The position numbers and the translations under genes were made by a program. A DNA stretch of 64,000 nucleotides from Neovahlkampfia damariscottae (Eukaryota), in assembly GCA_016618085.1 (NCBI GenBank), contig JABLTG010000026.1, positions 62,001 through 126,000 on the forward strand, written 5' to 3'. The notes under the pieces were generated by a model that saw nothing but the letters and a program-made list of their open reading frames with translations, made no database searches and was not told the origin of the DNA. Below are positions 24,849 through 38,490 of the stretch, one piece after another (positions within the stretch are counted from its first letter, which is position 1; every line of letters begins with the position of its first letter).

Positions 24849-25005
24849 ATTATTTTGTTTGAATATTTGATCTATTTTTTGTTGGTTAAATGAAATTCCA
24901 AATCTCTTTATTTGGAGTTTTAGACATCAACTTTTTTTCAGTGCATTATTGTTTCTAATTTGTGGATTAATAACCAATCACTTTGTAGTTTAAAAACAAA
25001 CATAA

Positions 25006-25197
25006 ATGAGTCGATATTACAACCCAAGAGCAAGTTCACCATTCACTTTATTTTTAACAGCTACAATGGCAATTGGTTCTTCTATTTATATATTATGGCC
25101 ACTGATACAAAAGAAGTAAATCATTTTCAAAAAAAAAAAAACTAATATATTTCTTAAAAGAAATGAGTCCATTGAAACAAAAGAAAAAGAAGAATAA
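25006..25197 (+). CDS. 48-aa single-TM microprotein (PIGBOS1-like pattern)
   Basis: MSRYYNPRASSPFTLFLTATMAIGSSIYILWPLIQKKNESIETKEKEE* after intron 25116-25160; CCAAT at 24974. Confidence 0.6.
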
Positions 25198-25204
25198 CAA
25201 TTTA

Positions 25205-26379
25205 TTAAGAAATGATACATTGTTTTTTTTCATCATCCATAGTTTCACCATCAACACTTTGTATAAAAAATCCTTTTTTTGAAGTTGATTGACCTTGTTG
25301 TTTCATTTTTTCAATTTTATTAAATAAATCATCTTCAAGGTCAATTTCAGATTTTTCTTTTGGAAAAAGATAAAATGGAGAACTGTACAATTGAGAAAAA
25401 GAAGTTTCTAATTTCTTTTTTTCTTTTTGTGATAATTTCAATTCATCATCATTCCAATCAATCTCTCCTAATTTACCTGAAATTGAATATAAATTATTGA
25501 AGGAATAAGAATCAAATTGAATTTCAACATTCCATGAAAAAATGAATAAATTAGAAAATGAAGTAAATTTTGAATCTGGTTTCATACATTGTTCAGTTCT
25601 ATGAAATGTATGAATTAATATTTGAATATCTCTTCTTACCTTTCATGAGATACTGATACAAAATCAGGTCTTGATGAACTTTCTCCGTCATGAAATTTAA
25701 TAAATACATTCCATGGTTGTTTTTTTGAATCTTTATATCTTATTCCTAATGCATCCCATAAAATTTCTGAAAAAAAACCTAAATAACAAATCACAATGGA
25801 TTGATGACACAACTATTGAAATTGATATTAAAAATTGATTAAAATTTGAAACTTTGAGTATTTTAATAATTGGGTGTTCTTCACCATAAACTGTTAAAAA
25901 GAAATTTTCAAGTGATTTTTCTTGTTTCACTTCCCAATTTTCATTGAATACATTTGTTGTTATTAATTTTGGCTCATATTTTTCTGGTTTGGGTTTTGAT
26001 TCATCAATCAAAATCTCTTCTTTTGTTTGTTTTTTATTTTGTAAATAAAACATCATCAAAGTGTCTTTTATCTTTGTTGAATCAAAAGATGGGTTCAAAA
26101 GAAGTGAAATTGTGTTCAAAAAATGTATCAATTTTGAACTATCAGAATCATCTTCATCAATTTGATATGATTCTATTTTGTTAAAAACAAACTCTTCCTC
26201 TTTCAAAATAGTTCTATTTGACAAAGTGTAAAAAATAATATTTGAAAAATTTACATGTGTGACAAAAGTCTTCCTATATCTTTACAAACTGGTGTTTTGT
26301 TCAAAGGTGATCTCCACATGGTTTTAAAATCTTCTGAGAATTTTTCGCACTCGGCATCAAGTGTTTTTTTTTTGGACAT
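25205..26379 (-). CDS. Single GflB-C-like domain protein with C-terminal CaaX (CIIS)
   Basis: CKDIGRLL, ILKLCHQSIV, YKDSKKQPW, VSHERTEQ, FIFSW match the unit repeated in 997-4068; introns 26214-26254, 25813-25852, 25599-25639. Confidence 0.7.
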
Positions 26380-26439
26380 TTTTATTGGTTCGGAAAAAAA
26401 CGAAATGTTTTATGAAATAATATTTGAGAGATCTGCACT

Positions 26440-27346
26440 TTATAATCCTTTCAACAATTTCTCTCCTTCTTTGATTATATTTTCATCTAATGGAATTCTT
26501 CCGTGACAGAATTTCTGAAATTCATCAGGTGAAACCAAATTATCTAATAATTGTTTTCCAGTAGACGACCCATTTTCCTTTGCTAATTTATAATATTTAT
26601 AAGCTTGTGCTAAATCTTGATTTACATATAAACCCTTCTCGTACCATAATCCCAATATTATTTGATCTTCAGCATCTCCATCATCTGCTGTTTCTTTGAA
26701 AGAATTATATTCATCTTCTGTACATTTTTCGGAAAATAACTTATAATATTTGTAAGCAAGATGATAATTTTGTTCAACTTTTGTTTTTTTTGAATTTTTA
26801 AGACAATCCAATCCACTAAACTTTGGATCCATTTTTATATCATCACTGCCTCGTTCGTATAAATATCCTATTGAATTTAATTTATTGATCAATTTTACCT
26901 AATAAAAATAATGAAGCAATATCTCCATCAGATATGGCTGATAAGAATAATTTCTCTGCTTCTTTCCAATCACCAATTCTTTTTTCATATTTATCAGCTA
27001 ATTGTTGTCTACTCCAAATGTCACCCAGTTGATCACCTTCATAAAAACATTTAAATGCTTCCACTTCGTCTTTCTTTATTCCAAAGCCTAAAAATCGTTA
27101 ATACAAAAAAAAATACCTTTATCATAACAATATCCAAGCAAGCCTGTACATAATGGTGAATTTAATTTCCATCCTTCAAGTGAATATTTGTATCCTTTTG
27201 AGTAATCCTTGTTTTTGTTTAAAAAAAATCAAAAAATTTACTTTTGGAAAAGATTTCTTTCCTGTCAAGAAATAAAAAGCACAGAATTCAATAGAACCCA
27301 AATCACCTTTCACAGCAGAATCTTCCCATTGCTTTACCACTTCCAT
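26440..27346 (-). CDS. Sel1-like repeat protein
   Basis: LGYCYDKGFGIKKDEVEA, LGLWYEKGLYVNQDLAQAYKYY; introns 27208-27241, 27088-27116, 26868-26898. Confidence 0.85.
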
Positions 27347-27423
27347 TTTTCTTTTTTCTTTAGCCAATCATTTCCTCCTGGTAATAATCCAATTAAATTT
27401 TGACAAGTTTCGGTTGTGTTTTC

Positions 27424-28805
27424 ATGAAAAAGATTTCAACACTTTTCACAATACTATTATTTTTGACATTAATTTATTCAGTCTACTGTAAAAATGAAGA
27501 AAACCACAATGTTGTGATGGTAGATACAATTTAACTAACATTTATTTAACAAAGGTTGACTCGACTGGAAAAGAAAGTGACATTAACATAGTGGGTGAAA
27601 AACATAATGCAACCGTTTCTGATGAGGAACTAGACAAAGCATTTGACGAAAGTGCTGTTGCTGACGAAGATGAAAAAAATGAATCTGGGAAACCAAAATC
27701 AAAACAAGAATTAAAAGAAGAGGAAATGTTGAAAAATGCAATCAAAGAAATGGAAGAATCAAATAAAAGGACTCAAAAGTTTGTTAATCAAATGAAAAAC
27801 AAACAAAAAAATCTACAACCAAAAAAACAAAAAACGACAAAAACAAAACCAAAAGTTATAAAGAAAAACCAAAAACCAAATGTTGTAAAGAAATCAAATA
27901 AACAAAAGGATGAATTGGATGCTTTGTTGGACGAAGAAATTAATCGAATTAATAAAAAAAAGAAAACATTTCAAAAGAAGAAAAAAGTTGAAAAAAAACA
28001 ATCACCAAAAGACAGTCTAAATGATGTTGAAAAGATGAGAAATAAACTTAATGAACTGAAAAAATCAAATTTAGAGGATGAAGATTTCAAAGAAATGGAA
28101 AAATTTGAAAAGAAAAAACCATCAAAACAAAAAAGTAAAATAAAAAAAAAGCAGATCAAAAAAGAAATTAAAAAATCAAAAAAAGATGAAAACGAACTAT
28201 CTTTTGATGATAATGTTGATATGTCAGAGACAAAAAAATCAAAAAAATTGAAACCTCAAAAATCAGTAAAGAAGAAACCTACAGCAACATCAAAAGTAAA
28301 AAACAAAAAGAACACTTTGATTGAAAATAATGAGGAAAAATCAATGGATGAAATTTTCAAAAATTATCAAAAAACTACAAACGAAAAAAATAAAAAAACT
28401 GAAAGTGTCACTGTGAAAGATTTGTTATTGGATGAAAAAATCAGTCAGTTATCAAAAGATCAATTGGTTGAAAAGTTTAAAGAATTACAAAAGAATTCAA
28501 TTTTAATGAAAGCTAAATTAGATGTTCAACAAAATTTACTTAAATCTACTCAAAAAAAGAACACATTTGACCAATCAATAAATGGACCTGATCATTTTCC
28601 AGGGGATTATGAAGATGGTAAATTTGATGACTCAGACGAAGATTCAAATGAAAAAAAATCGGGAGCACCAGTTCAAAGTGAGCAATTGAAAAATAACGAA
28701 AAATTAATGCCAACAGAAAAAGATTCAAAGGAAGAAACAGTAAACTCAGAAGAATTATTTAGTGATGAAAATGATGATTTTGATGAAGACGAAGATGAAC
28801 CATAA
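27424..28805 (+). CDS. Secreted/luminal Lys-rich low-complexity protein
   Basis: Signal-peptide exon MKKISTLFTILLFLTLIYSVYC joined in frame via intron 27520-27554. Confidence 0.65.
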
Positions 28806-28889
28806 AATTTTTGATCATTCTAAATTTGAGTATTGCATTATTCCGAACCAATCAATTTGTTGTTTGAACTGTCTTCTTTTCGAACTGAA

Positions 28890-31722
28890 ATGAAACTAAA
28901 GTTACAATATCAAATAACAATAATATCAACAAAAAACGAAGATACTAAGTCAAACCCGGAGTATTGTGCAGTTTCTTGGAAGAGAGGAAAAAAATTGTAG
29001 GCGAAAAAAAAAAATTAAAAATATTGTTGATAGAAGTGGAACAACAAAAAAACAAACTCCACAGGACGATTCAAGATTAGTTGGTACTAGTTATATATTC
29101 AACGAAAACTTCACTTTCAACGCTACTTTGGAGTCAAAAATAAGTTTAAAACAAACAACTGAATATAAAACAAAATCGATTGAATTTCATTTGAACGAAG
29201 TTGACTCAAATGAAAAAGTAATAAAAATGCTCGGAACTTGTCATTTTGATTTATCAACTGTTATTTCAACAAGAAAAGAAATTGATTTAGAGTTTAAAGA
29301 AAAAGTTACGAATATTTTTAAAAAGAATAAATTAAACAAGACACTAAAATTTGTGGTAGTTTCAACTCCTTTGGATGAAGAGTAAAATTAACAAATTTTT
29401 TCTAATTCAACCTTTAGAGGAGGTGACTCTTTAATTTCTGATGAAGATGAATCATCTTCTCATTCATATGGTGGACACTCACGTACAAATTCAGAAGATC
29501 CAAATTTTGAAACTTTTGATCCAACAGCAAGTGAATCAAAATTAAAAGCTTTTACTTCTTTTCAAGCACCAAAAGAATCAAAAAAAATAAGTGATCCAAA
29601 AATTAAAAACGCAACTGTTTCATATAAATCACCAAGAGATTTAAGTCAAATTGATAAATTAAAACAAAATGGAGAACAAAAAAAAAAGAGAGGAAGTTTA
29701 CTTTCACAATTTTTTAAACAAAATAATGTTTCATCAAGTATACCTTCTACAGATGATACAGATTTAGATTTGACAAAAGATAATCAAACAATGGAAGTAA
29801 CAACAGAAGAAGATAGATCAGAAGATATTAAAACACCTATAATGGAATCAGAATCATTTGAAATAGAAAATGAAAAAGAGGATGCAATGAAAAAACAAGG
29901 AGGATTTAAAAAATCACCTCTTGGAAATTCAAAGAAATTATCATTTGATGAAATTAAAATAACAAAATCATCACCTAATTCACCTCGAGTCATTGCACAA
30001 TCATCTTCACCAAGGGGTGCACCACCAACACAAACAAATGATGACTTGGAAAAGAGTATTCAAAAAAAGAAGACATTTGGATCATTTTTAAAAAGAAAGA
30101 ATTCAGAAAATAAAACAGATGTTAATGCATCATTATTGGCTGAAAATTTACAACATGAACAAAAAATTAAAGAATTAGAAAGAGAAAAAGAAAAATTAAA
30201 AAGTGAAATTAAAGATTTAGAATTAGAATTAGAAATATTTCAAAAGAGAATAATTGAATTACAAAGTTTAATTTCAAAAAATCAAACTGATCATCAAGAT
30301 AAAGAAATACAAAAAAATTTAAAAGAAAATGAAAAATTAAAAGAAGAATTAGAGTATTTAAAAGAAGAATTAGAAAAATTAGTTACAAATAAGAATGATG
30401 TTGGTGATGGTGTTGGTGATATTGGTAGTAGTAGTAGTAGTGTTGGTATTGACAATCAAAGTACAAATAATAATGAATTAAATGATCAAATTGAAATATT
30501 AAAAAGAAAGAATGAAACATTAAATAAAGAATTAAAAATGAAAATTGAAATGAATTTAAATTTTGAAGAGAATTTAAAAAAATCAAAAGAAATTCATCAA
30601 AATCAAGAAATCTATTATGAAAAGACAATTAAAGATTTAAAAGAAAATAAAGAAATGATATTAAATCAATTAATGGAAAAAGAATCAGAAATTGAAAATA
30701 TGAAAGATAAATATTTAAAATTAAAAAAACAAAATATAATATTAATTTCAAATTTAGAAAATGCAAATGAAAATGAAACATTTAATTCCAATTATTTATC
30801 AGAATTTATCTCAGAAAAGAAAATATTAGAAATTGAAATAAAAAATAAAAATAAAGAAATTAAAAATTTAAAGAAAGAAAAAGAAGAAATATTAATTTTA
30901 AATGAAAAACAAGAAGAATCAAATGAAATTTTAAATTCATTATTTTGGGGTTTAATTTGTTCATTATTTTCAGTTATGGCTTATTCATCAAAATCAGATG
31001 ATGAATTAACAAAATTTGGTTTAAAATTTTTTATTATTTTTTCATTTATTACATTTACTGGTATTAAATTTTCAAAGAATGAACCTTTAAAAATTAAATC
31101 AAATTTAATTCAATTTATTTTTGGAAAATTAAATCTATTGGATAATTTAAACAAATCTATTTTATGGGGTTTTTCTTTAGGATTTTCAATTTTAATTTTT
31201 GATAAATTAATATTTAACATATTTTTAAATATTCCTTATTCAAAATCTTCATTTTTAGCTCAAATATCATTTTCAATGCATCAATCCATTGTTGAAGAAA
31301 TTGGAATTAGATTTTTTTCATCTTCATTTTTATTAAAAATATTTGAACATATTCATAAATTCTCAAAATTTGTAATTCAAAATGAAAAGAATTTTCAAGA
31401 TTTTCAAATTAGACTTTCGAAATTTATGATCAATTTATTCAAAAAGAAAGAAAATTTAATTTGGTCTTCATTCATTTGTAGCTTTTTGATTTATTTATTT
31501 TATAAAATACCTGTTGATTTTGATATTATTTCAACTGTTAATCCAAATATGTCAATATTTCTCACATTGATTTCATTGTTGAGAATTATTGGTTTTAATT
31601 CAGTTATTACATTTTTCTACTCAAAAATGATTGTATCAGATGAAAGTATTGAATTAGTCATTCTGTCTCACTTCTTTTTGAATTTCATTTTATATGCTTT
31701 TGGGGGTTTGAATCAAATTTAA
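28890..31722 (+). CDS. NT-C2 domain + coiled coil + degenerate CPBP/Abi membrane domain
   Basis: VSWKRGKK..SGTT, FNENFTF, LGTCHFDLS (NT-C2); VEEIGIR and SHFFLN in multi-TM tail; introns 28997-29033, 29382-29417. Confidence 0.7.
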
Positions 31723-31753
31723 AAATAAAAAACTTAAATTGTAAAAAAATATT

Positions 31754-34700
31754 TTAAAATTTATTTATTGCGTTCTCAATATTTAATAATTTTTTTAAAA
31801 TTGGTTTAACCTTCATACCAATTTGTTGTGACAAATCTGTTTGATTTGCAGGATCTAAATTTTCATATCTGTTTAATAATTCACCATCAATGATATTCCT
31901 TTTTGGGTTATGAAGGGAATGAGTCTCAGGTTTGAATAATCTAAATGCTTTTGGATGTAAACCAGCTGTATGATGTAATTGAGTATACATTCTAGATTGT
32001 AACATTGAAAGAATTCTATGATCTTTTTCAGAAATTGGAGTGATAACACCAAAGGATCCATCAGATTTTCCAAAAACTGATAATTGACTTTCACATTTTT
32101 CATCAATTTTTAATCTAAAGAAATCTCTAATATTACCACCAACATTAAAATCTGATTGTGCAACTAATGATTTTCCACCTAAACTTTCAGAACTATTTGG
32201 TGAAAATGTAAAGACTTGAATGTTATTATTCCCATCTGCAACTAGAATACCTAATTGACCTTCATGAACTAAGAATCCAGTAGCTGAAACTTTTAAAGGA
32301 TTATAATCTCTTGATAAAAATGACAACTATAATATTAAATAATAAATATTTCTTACAGTATTTCCTCTATTCTTTTTCCAATTTAATAATTGAACACTTT
32401 TGTATCTATCACCAAATACTAAATATCTTTTGATACTGATCAAACTGGTACAATAAAATTGTGAATCAAAAAATGCAGCTGGATTTAATGAACTATTTGA
32501 TAAATCAAGATAAAATACAAATATTCTACCACCACTTGCAACTGAAAGATAACCATCCAATTCTGTTATTGCAGTGACAGGTCCTTTCATATCTTTATGA
32601 GCAACTAAACTCAAAACACGTTTTGAAGTTCCTTTTGCTTCTAAATCAAAAACTAAAACTCTTCCCCTACAACTAATATCTTCATTTTGAACAAATGCAG
32701 TACCAACAACAAGATAAGATGAAAAATTTGATCTTGTTTCATCATCTTCTAAAACTTGAAATTTACAAACTTTCATGATCATTGTATGTTCATGTTTTTC
32801 TAATTCAATATGACTCATTTCTTTGTATGTTAAACCATTTAAAAGTTTAATTTCAAATTTGTCTTCAAAAGGAATTGGAAATCTACCAACTTCAGGTAAT
32901 GGTTCAGGTTCTTCTGTTAAATCAAGAGGTATTCTTGTTGAAGTTGAAAGACAAAATGTTTTTTTTGTTTTATGAAATGCAATTTGATGTGGTGTACAAT
33001 CTAATTCAATTCTTTTTGTTGGCCAATAAGTATCATAATTTATATCTTTCTTTAAAGTTGAAATTTTGAATAATTCTTTATCACTAAAGTATGTAAATCC
33101 TTGTTTAATTGTTGCATTTTGAAATGGTGCAAATGCAATCAAATTTCCTTTGATATTCAATAAATGTGATCGAATATAACTTCTTTCATCAAATAGAAGA
33201 CATGATTGTTCTCCACAAATAATAACACATTCTTTTCCACCAATAGAATTACATGATATTAAATTTTGATGAAGTGGTGTATCAGAAAATAATTTAGTTG
33301 ATTCTAATTCTAATATTCTGTCACTCTCTAAATTTTTGTATTTATAATCAATATTAATTTTTGAAAAGTTTGATATTTTTGAACTTTTTCTATAAACTGA
33401 TAAAGAATCATCACTCATTAAAAACTAAAAATGATTGGTTAAAAACATCCAATTAAAAAACAATACCATTAAATGTTGAACATTTTTAAATTCTTTGATT
33501 AAAACTTCTTTAACATATGGATAAATAACAACTTTTTCTTTTAAAGATGAAAATTCTTCTTTTTCTGATGAAATGTTTTTTGATTCAATTTCATTTCTAA
33601 TTGATTGAGAATTTACAGTATATTTTAAATTAATAAATGATAAACTCAAAGTATTTAAATTATAAATTTCAAATGCACCCGATGACCAAGTTACAATTAA
33701 ATATGTTTCATCATTTTCTTTGAATAAACTTGATGATGTAATTCTACCAAAACCTTTTGATAATTTAACATCAATTGAATTGATTGATTTCTTTGTAATT
33801 TCAAATAAATTGATTGTACCATCATTATATAATAATAAAATGAAAGGGTCAAGAATCGATGAAAAATGAATTTCATTGGTTAATTCTTTTTCAAATTTTA
33901 ATTTTTCTTTTTCTAAAATTCTAATTTTTGATAAACAAATTTGAACAGAATAACGACCATTTAAAATATTTGATGCATTTAAAGTCCTTTCTTTCAAAAT
34001 AAAATCGGAACTTTTCAAAGGAGATAAACCTTCTGATATTTTATAAATTTGAGTTGAATTTGATAAACTCATAATCAAATAAGAATCATTTAAATGTTTA
34101 AAATTTGGTAATTTAGTATCATTATATTTTAATGTAAATAATTGTTTTACATCTTTTACATCAATTTTAATTACTTCTTCTGGTTCAATTGATCTTTTTA
34201 AAAAATTTAAAGATCCATTTGAACCATAACCACTACATCCAACTAATTCTAATTGGTCATTTGAAGTATTTGGTGATTCTACAACTGTAAAGGATGAAAT
34301 AGGTCCAAAATTTAAAAATGAATCAATATTTTGAAATTCATATTCATATTCTAATAATTTCTTTTCGCTTATACTTTCTTTGAATAAATTTTTTTCGTCA
34401 TCTTCATTTTCTTCTTCTTCTTCCTCTAATTGTTTTAAGTAATCTAATGATTCAGAAAAATCTTCGTTTTCAATTTTTCTTTTCTTTTGTTCAGGTTCTT
34501 CTTTTTTTATTTCTTTTTCTATTTCTTCATTTTTATTTGTTTCTTTAATTTTCAAGACTTTTGAATTAGTCAAAATTGATCCAAGAAATAATAAATTTTC
34601 TGAAAATAAACACATCTAATATTCTAATTTAATAATTTTTTGAGTCACTTACACAAGATGATTCAATTTGAGTTGATACTTTTTTTAAAATCATTTTGTT

Positions 34701-35796
34701 CAAAACTCTATTTTCCATTGATAAATTTAAAACATATAAATCATTTTCAATTGATAATAAAATTCTTTCTTTTGATAGAAATGTATATGAATTTGCATCC
34801 AATGAAAGTGCTTCTTCTGATTTATCCAATGTTATTGGTAAATTTGATTCAGAATATTTAATAAAATCATTAAATGATATTCCATAAGTTAGTCTTTGAT
34901 TTACATGTAATATTGAATCATATGATAAAACAAGAGCACCTCCAAATGGATCAGATAATGGTATTAGTTGATATGCTTCATTTGGTAAATTCTTAACTGT
35001 CCAAATAACCGGATAATGACCTCTTACAACATCTAATGATATAGCTGTAACAGTACATGTGTTACTTTTTAAAAGAATTCTTGAAGAGCATGTCTTTTCA
35101 GTTTCATGTAAAATTAATAAAGTTGGTTCATAATAGCCATGTAAAAAACAATAGTCTTTGATATTTTGTAACCCAATTTCTTTTAAATCAATAATCATTT
35201 GTCTTTTAAAATAATTAAAATTTTGTTTTCTTATTACTTCATTATTGGAACTTCTTTTTCTTTTTTTTGTTTTCCAAGTTCAATTTCTAATGTATCTTGT
35301 TTAAATGGTAAAATAACCAATTTAAAGTCATAAATTAATAAAGCAGCGCATCTCTTTCTTGGTTCAAGTTTTATGGTTGGTTTTGAGCTAAAAACCAAAC
35401 AACCTTCTTTTAAAAAATCATCTTCTAAATAATGTAAACAAATAGTTTTTAAATCATTCGTTTCAATATCAAAATCAACACATGATACTTTTCCTTCTTT
35501 GAAACTCATCAACAAGGAGTCTCTTTTATTTTCTGGAAATTTGACTGGACAAATAGATTCAATGTTTCCATTTAATTCAAATATATTTTGTAAATATAAC
35601 TGTTCTCCTTTTTCTTGGTCATTCTAAAATAGTTATTTTATTTTTTTTTATTTTTTACTTTGACCAAATAAACTTCAAGTAAATTTGATTTTGATATTAT
35701 CAAATTAGTTTCTGATTCATCCGTAAAGTTTGATTTGACACAGTTTTGTACTGCTGTTGGTGGAGTCAGGTTTTTACAATACGCAAAAAAAGACAT
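31754..35796 (-). CDS. CPSF1: Cleavage and polyadenylation specificity factor 160 kDa subunit
   Basis: PPTAV start, FLHGYYEPTLLILHE, GCSGYGSNGSL, AGLHPKAFR, IIDGELL; five introns. Confidence 0.93.
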
Positions 35797-35866
35797 GAAA
35801 AATTGAAAAACGTTTTATTGGTGGAAAATAAATAAGTTAAAAATGCTGAAAAAAAAATTATTTGTT

Positions 35867-36179
35867 TCATTTCATTTCAATAATTTTACTGAATGGTTTC
35901 TTTGAGTCTTCTGCAAGTTTATCATAAAAATCTTCTCTATTTATAGCTAATGGGTTGTACACTTCTTTTGAATAATTTGATCCGTATTGTTCAATTTCAA
36001 AATGTTGAATAATCTATTTGAAATTATTTAGAAATGATAAAATCCAATACATTTTCTAATATTTTGGGATTTGAGAACTCCTTTTGTTTTTTTAAATTTT
36101 CATTAAAATTTAATCCAGTTTTCTTCTTTTCCAAGTACTGTTTAATTTTTTGTTGAACTTCATCTTCTTTTGAATTCAT
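35867..36179 (-). CDS. SAP30BP: SAP30-binding protein (HCNGP domain), minimal form
   Basis: NFNENLKKQKEFSNPKILENIIQHFEIEQYGSNYSKEVYNP..EDFYDKLA across intron 36014-36050; absent from ORF track. Confidence 0.8.
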
Positions 36180-36244
36180 GTTTTGCTTCAAGATTTGTTT
36201 TAAGCCTCTATGAATTTGATTGGTTCAATAACCTCAAACAAAAA

Positions 36245-36959
36245 ATGAGTGAAAGAACAGAAACAAGTTGTCATGATGAACATCACCATCATCACGGTCA
36301 TTCACATGATGATGATGACCATCAATTAAAATATGCGATGGAAGAAACCTTATATCCTTCAATAGATACATTAAAATTAACTTGTTTGAATGAACATAAA
36401 AGAGGATGTGGAAAAACTGTACGAATTATTGAATTTTAATTTTTAAAAGGTTTTTAAACCATGGGACAAAAGATTAAGTTCAGAAGATTTCGTAAAATCA
36501 GGAGTTGATACCGAACTTTTATTTTATGTTCCTTTTACTGCAGCTGTACAACCAAAATCAATAATTATTGTTGGAACTGATGATGGATCTGCTCCAGTAA
36601 ATTATTTTCAATTTTAATTTTTCGTTTAGGATGAACTCAAACTTTACAAAAACAAAGATAACCTTGATTTTTCCAATATTGAATCAGCAAAACCTGAACA
36701 AATATTAAAATTAAATGTTGATACTGATGCTACATTGGAATATAATTTAAGAGCTTCAAAATTCTTAAATACAAATTCATTGGTTCTGTATTTTCCAACA
36801 AACTTTGGTGCAAAAAAAACAAAAATAGATTACATTGGACTCAAAGGAGTAGCAACAAAAAATAAAAGACAAATCATTGAAACTGTGTATGAATCAAAAC
36901 CTCAAATGAAAGATCATAAAATTAAAGAAGATTTTGGAGCAAGTAAATCAATTCAATAA
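36245..36959 (+). CDS. PITHD1: PITH domain protein
   Basis: His-rich N-terminus, LYPSID..LTCLNE, VFKPW, NFG..TKIDYIGLKG, VYESKPQMKDHK; introns 36419-36449, 36597-36629. Confidence 0.9.
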
Positions 36960-37056
36960 ATAAGTTTATTTGAATTTTGATATTTTGTTTTTATATTCAG
37001 AAATCTATTGAAACAATAAATTTTATTTCTTCTTTTTGATTGGACAAATCTACTTG

Positions 37057-38324
37057 ATGACTTCAATTCCAACCGCACTAAAGACTATTACACCTTACAT
37101 ACAAAGGGCAAATGAGTTAACTGATAAAGCTCCAATGGTAGCTTATTATTGTAACAATTGAAATAAAATTAATTTTTAAAAAATATTTTAGGTAGAAGTT
37201 ACGCTTTAGAACTTGGTATAGGTTTAGCAAAGGATGAAGAATCAAAAAAATAGTAAAAATAATTCATTTTAAACTTGTGAAATAGTTTAATTTCAATGAT
37301 GGACCGATTGGAAAACGATAAAAAAGCTTTGAATCCAAACCCTGACGAAGGAAAAGCAGTTGTAGAAATTTTTGCTCTGAAAATGTTTAAAAAAGCTGAT
37401 GATGGTGATAGAGCAGGAAATTATACAGCTTCTATTGCGAAACTTTATTATGCTTCTTCCATTTTAATGCAAGCAACAAAACAATTTGGAGAGATGAGTG
37501 AAGACATTGATGAAAAATTACAATACGCAAAATGGAGAGCAGCAGAAATATCAAAATCACTTAAAACAGGTATCCCACCTACAGCTCCTCCAGGAAGTGA
37601 AGAACCTCAACAAGAAGATGATTTCAATCCTATTTCTCAACAAGAGCATGTAGATGAAGCATTTTCTAAACAAATATTTGAAAAGAAACAAAATTCATTT
37701 AATGACCCATTTTTTAGTAATGACCATCAACAAACACAACCACAAACAACAAAAGAAGAAGATGACTTTTTTTCTTCTGTACAACCACCACAAAGTCAAC
37801 AAAATAATGATTTTTTTGATGTTAATCCTCAACAAGATTCAGGTTTTAATGATGATTTCTTTGGTTCTGCTCAACCTGATAATGAATCAAAAGATGTTCC
37901 AAAAGACACTCCAAAATTTCCACCAAAAAATGAAAAACCACTTTCACCACCAAAAAGTAATTTTAATGATGACTTCTTCAGTGGTATTCAACCACCACAA
38001 AATGATGTTCAACCAAAAGATGATTTCTTTGGTAGTGTGAAACCAAATAATCAAAATTTTGAACAACCAAAAGAATCAAAAACTACACCACAACTACCAT
38101 TTCAACCAACAAATGTTCAACCTGTTGCTCAGAATTCACAATCAATAGTTCAACAAGAATTTGTTTTGAAAAGACACAATATCCCTAATGAAGACGCTTC
38201 TATGGATGATATATTGAAGGCTCAAAAATATGCCAAATATGTAGTATCATCTCTGCAATTTCCAGATGTACCTACTGCAGTCAAATATTTGGAAGATGCT
38301 TTGGCTCTTTTGGTAAAAAAATAA
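37057..38324 (+). CDS. VTA1: Vps4 activator Vta1/LIP5
   Basis: PYIQRANEL..VAYYCR, FKKADDGDRAG, YAKWRAAEI, VSL domain AQKYAKYVVSSLQFPDV; introns 37151-37191, 37253-37285. Confidence 0.92.
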
Positions 38325-38490
38325 AACTTTGATTCAAAAATTAACTTTTTTTTTTTGCTCATCACTACAAAATACTGCTCAAACAATTGAAAGTTTCAAT
38401 TGCTTCTTTGGGTTCTCTTCAAATTGAGATTTGAATTTTATCTATTTATAGAGCTGAAGTTCATTGATTGGTTCAATCTTGCAAAACAAA

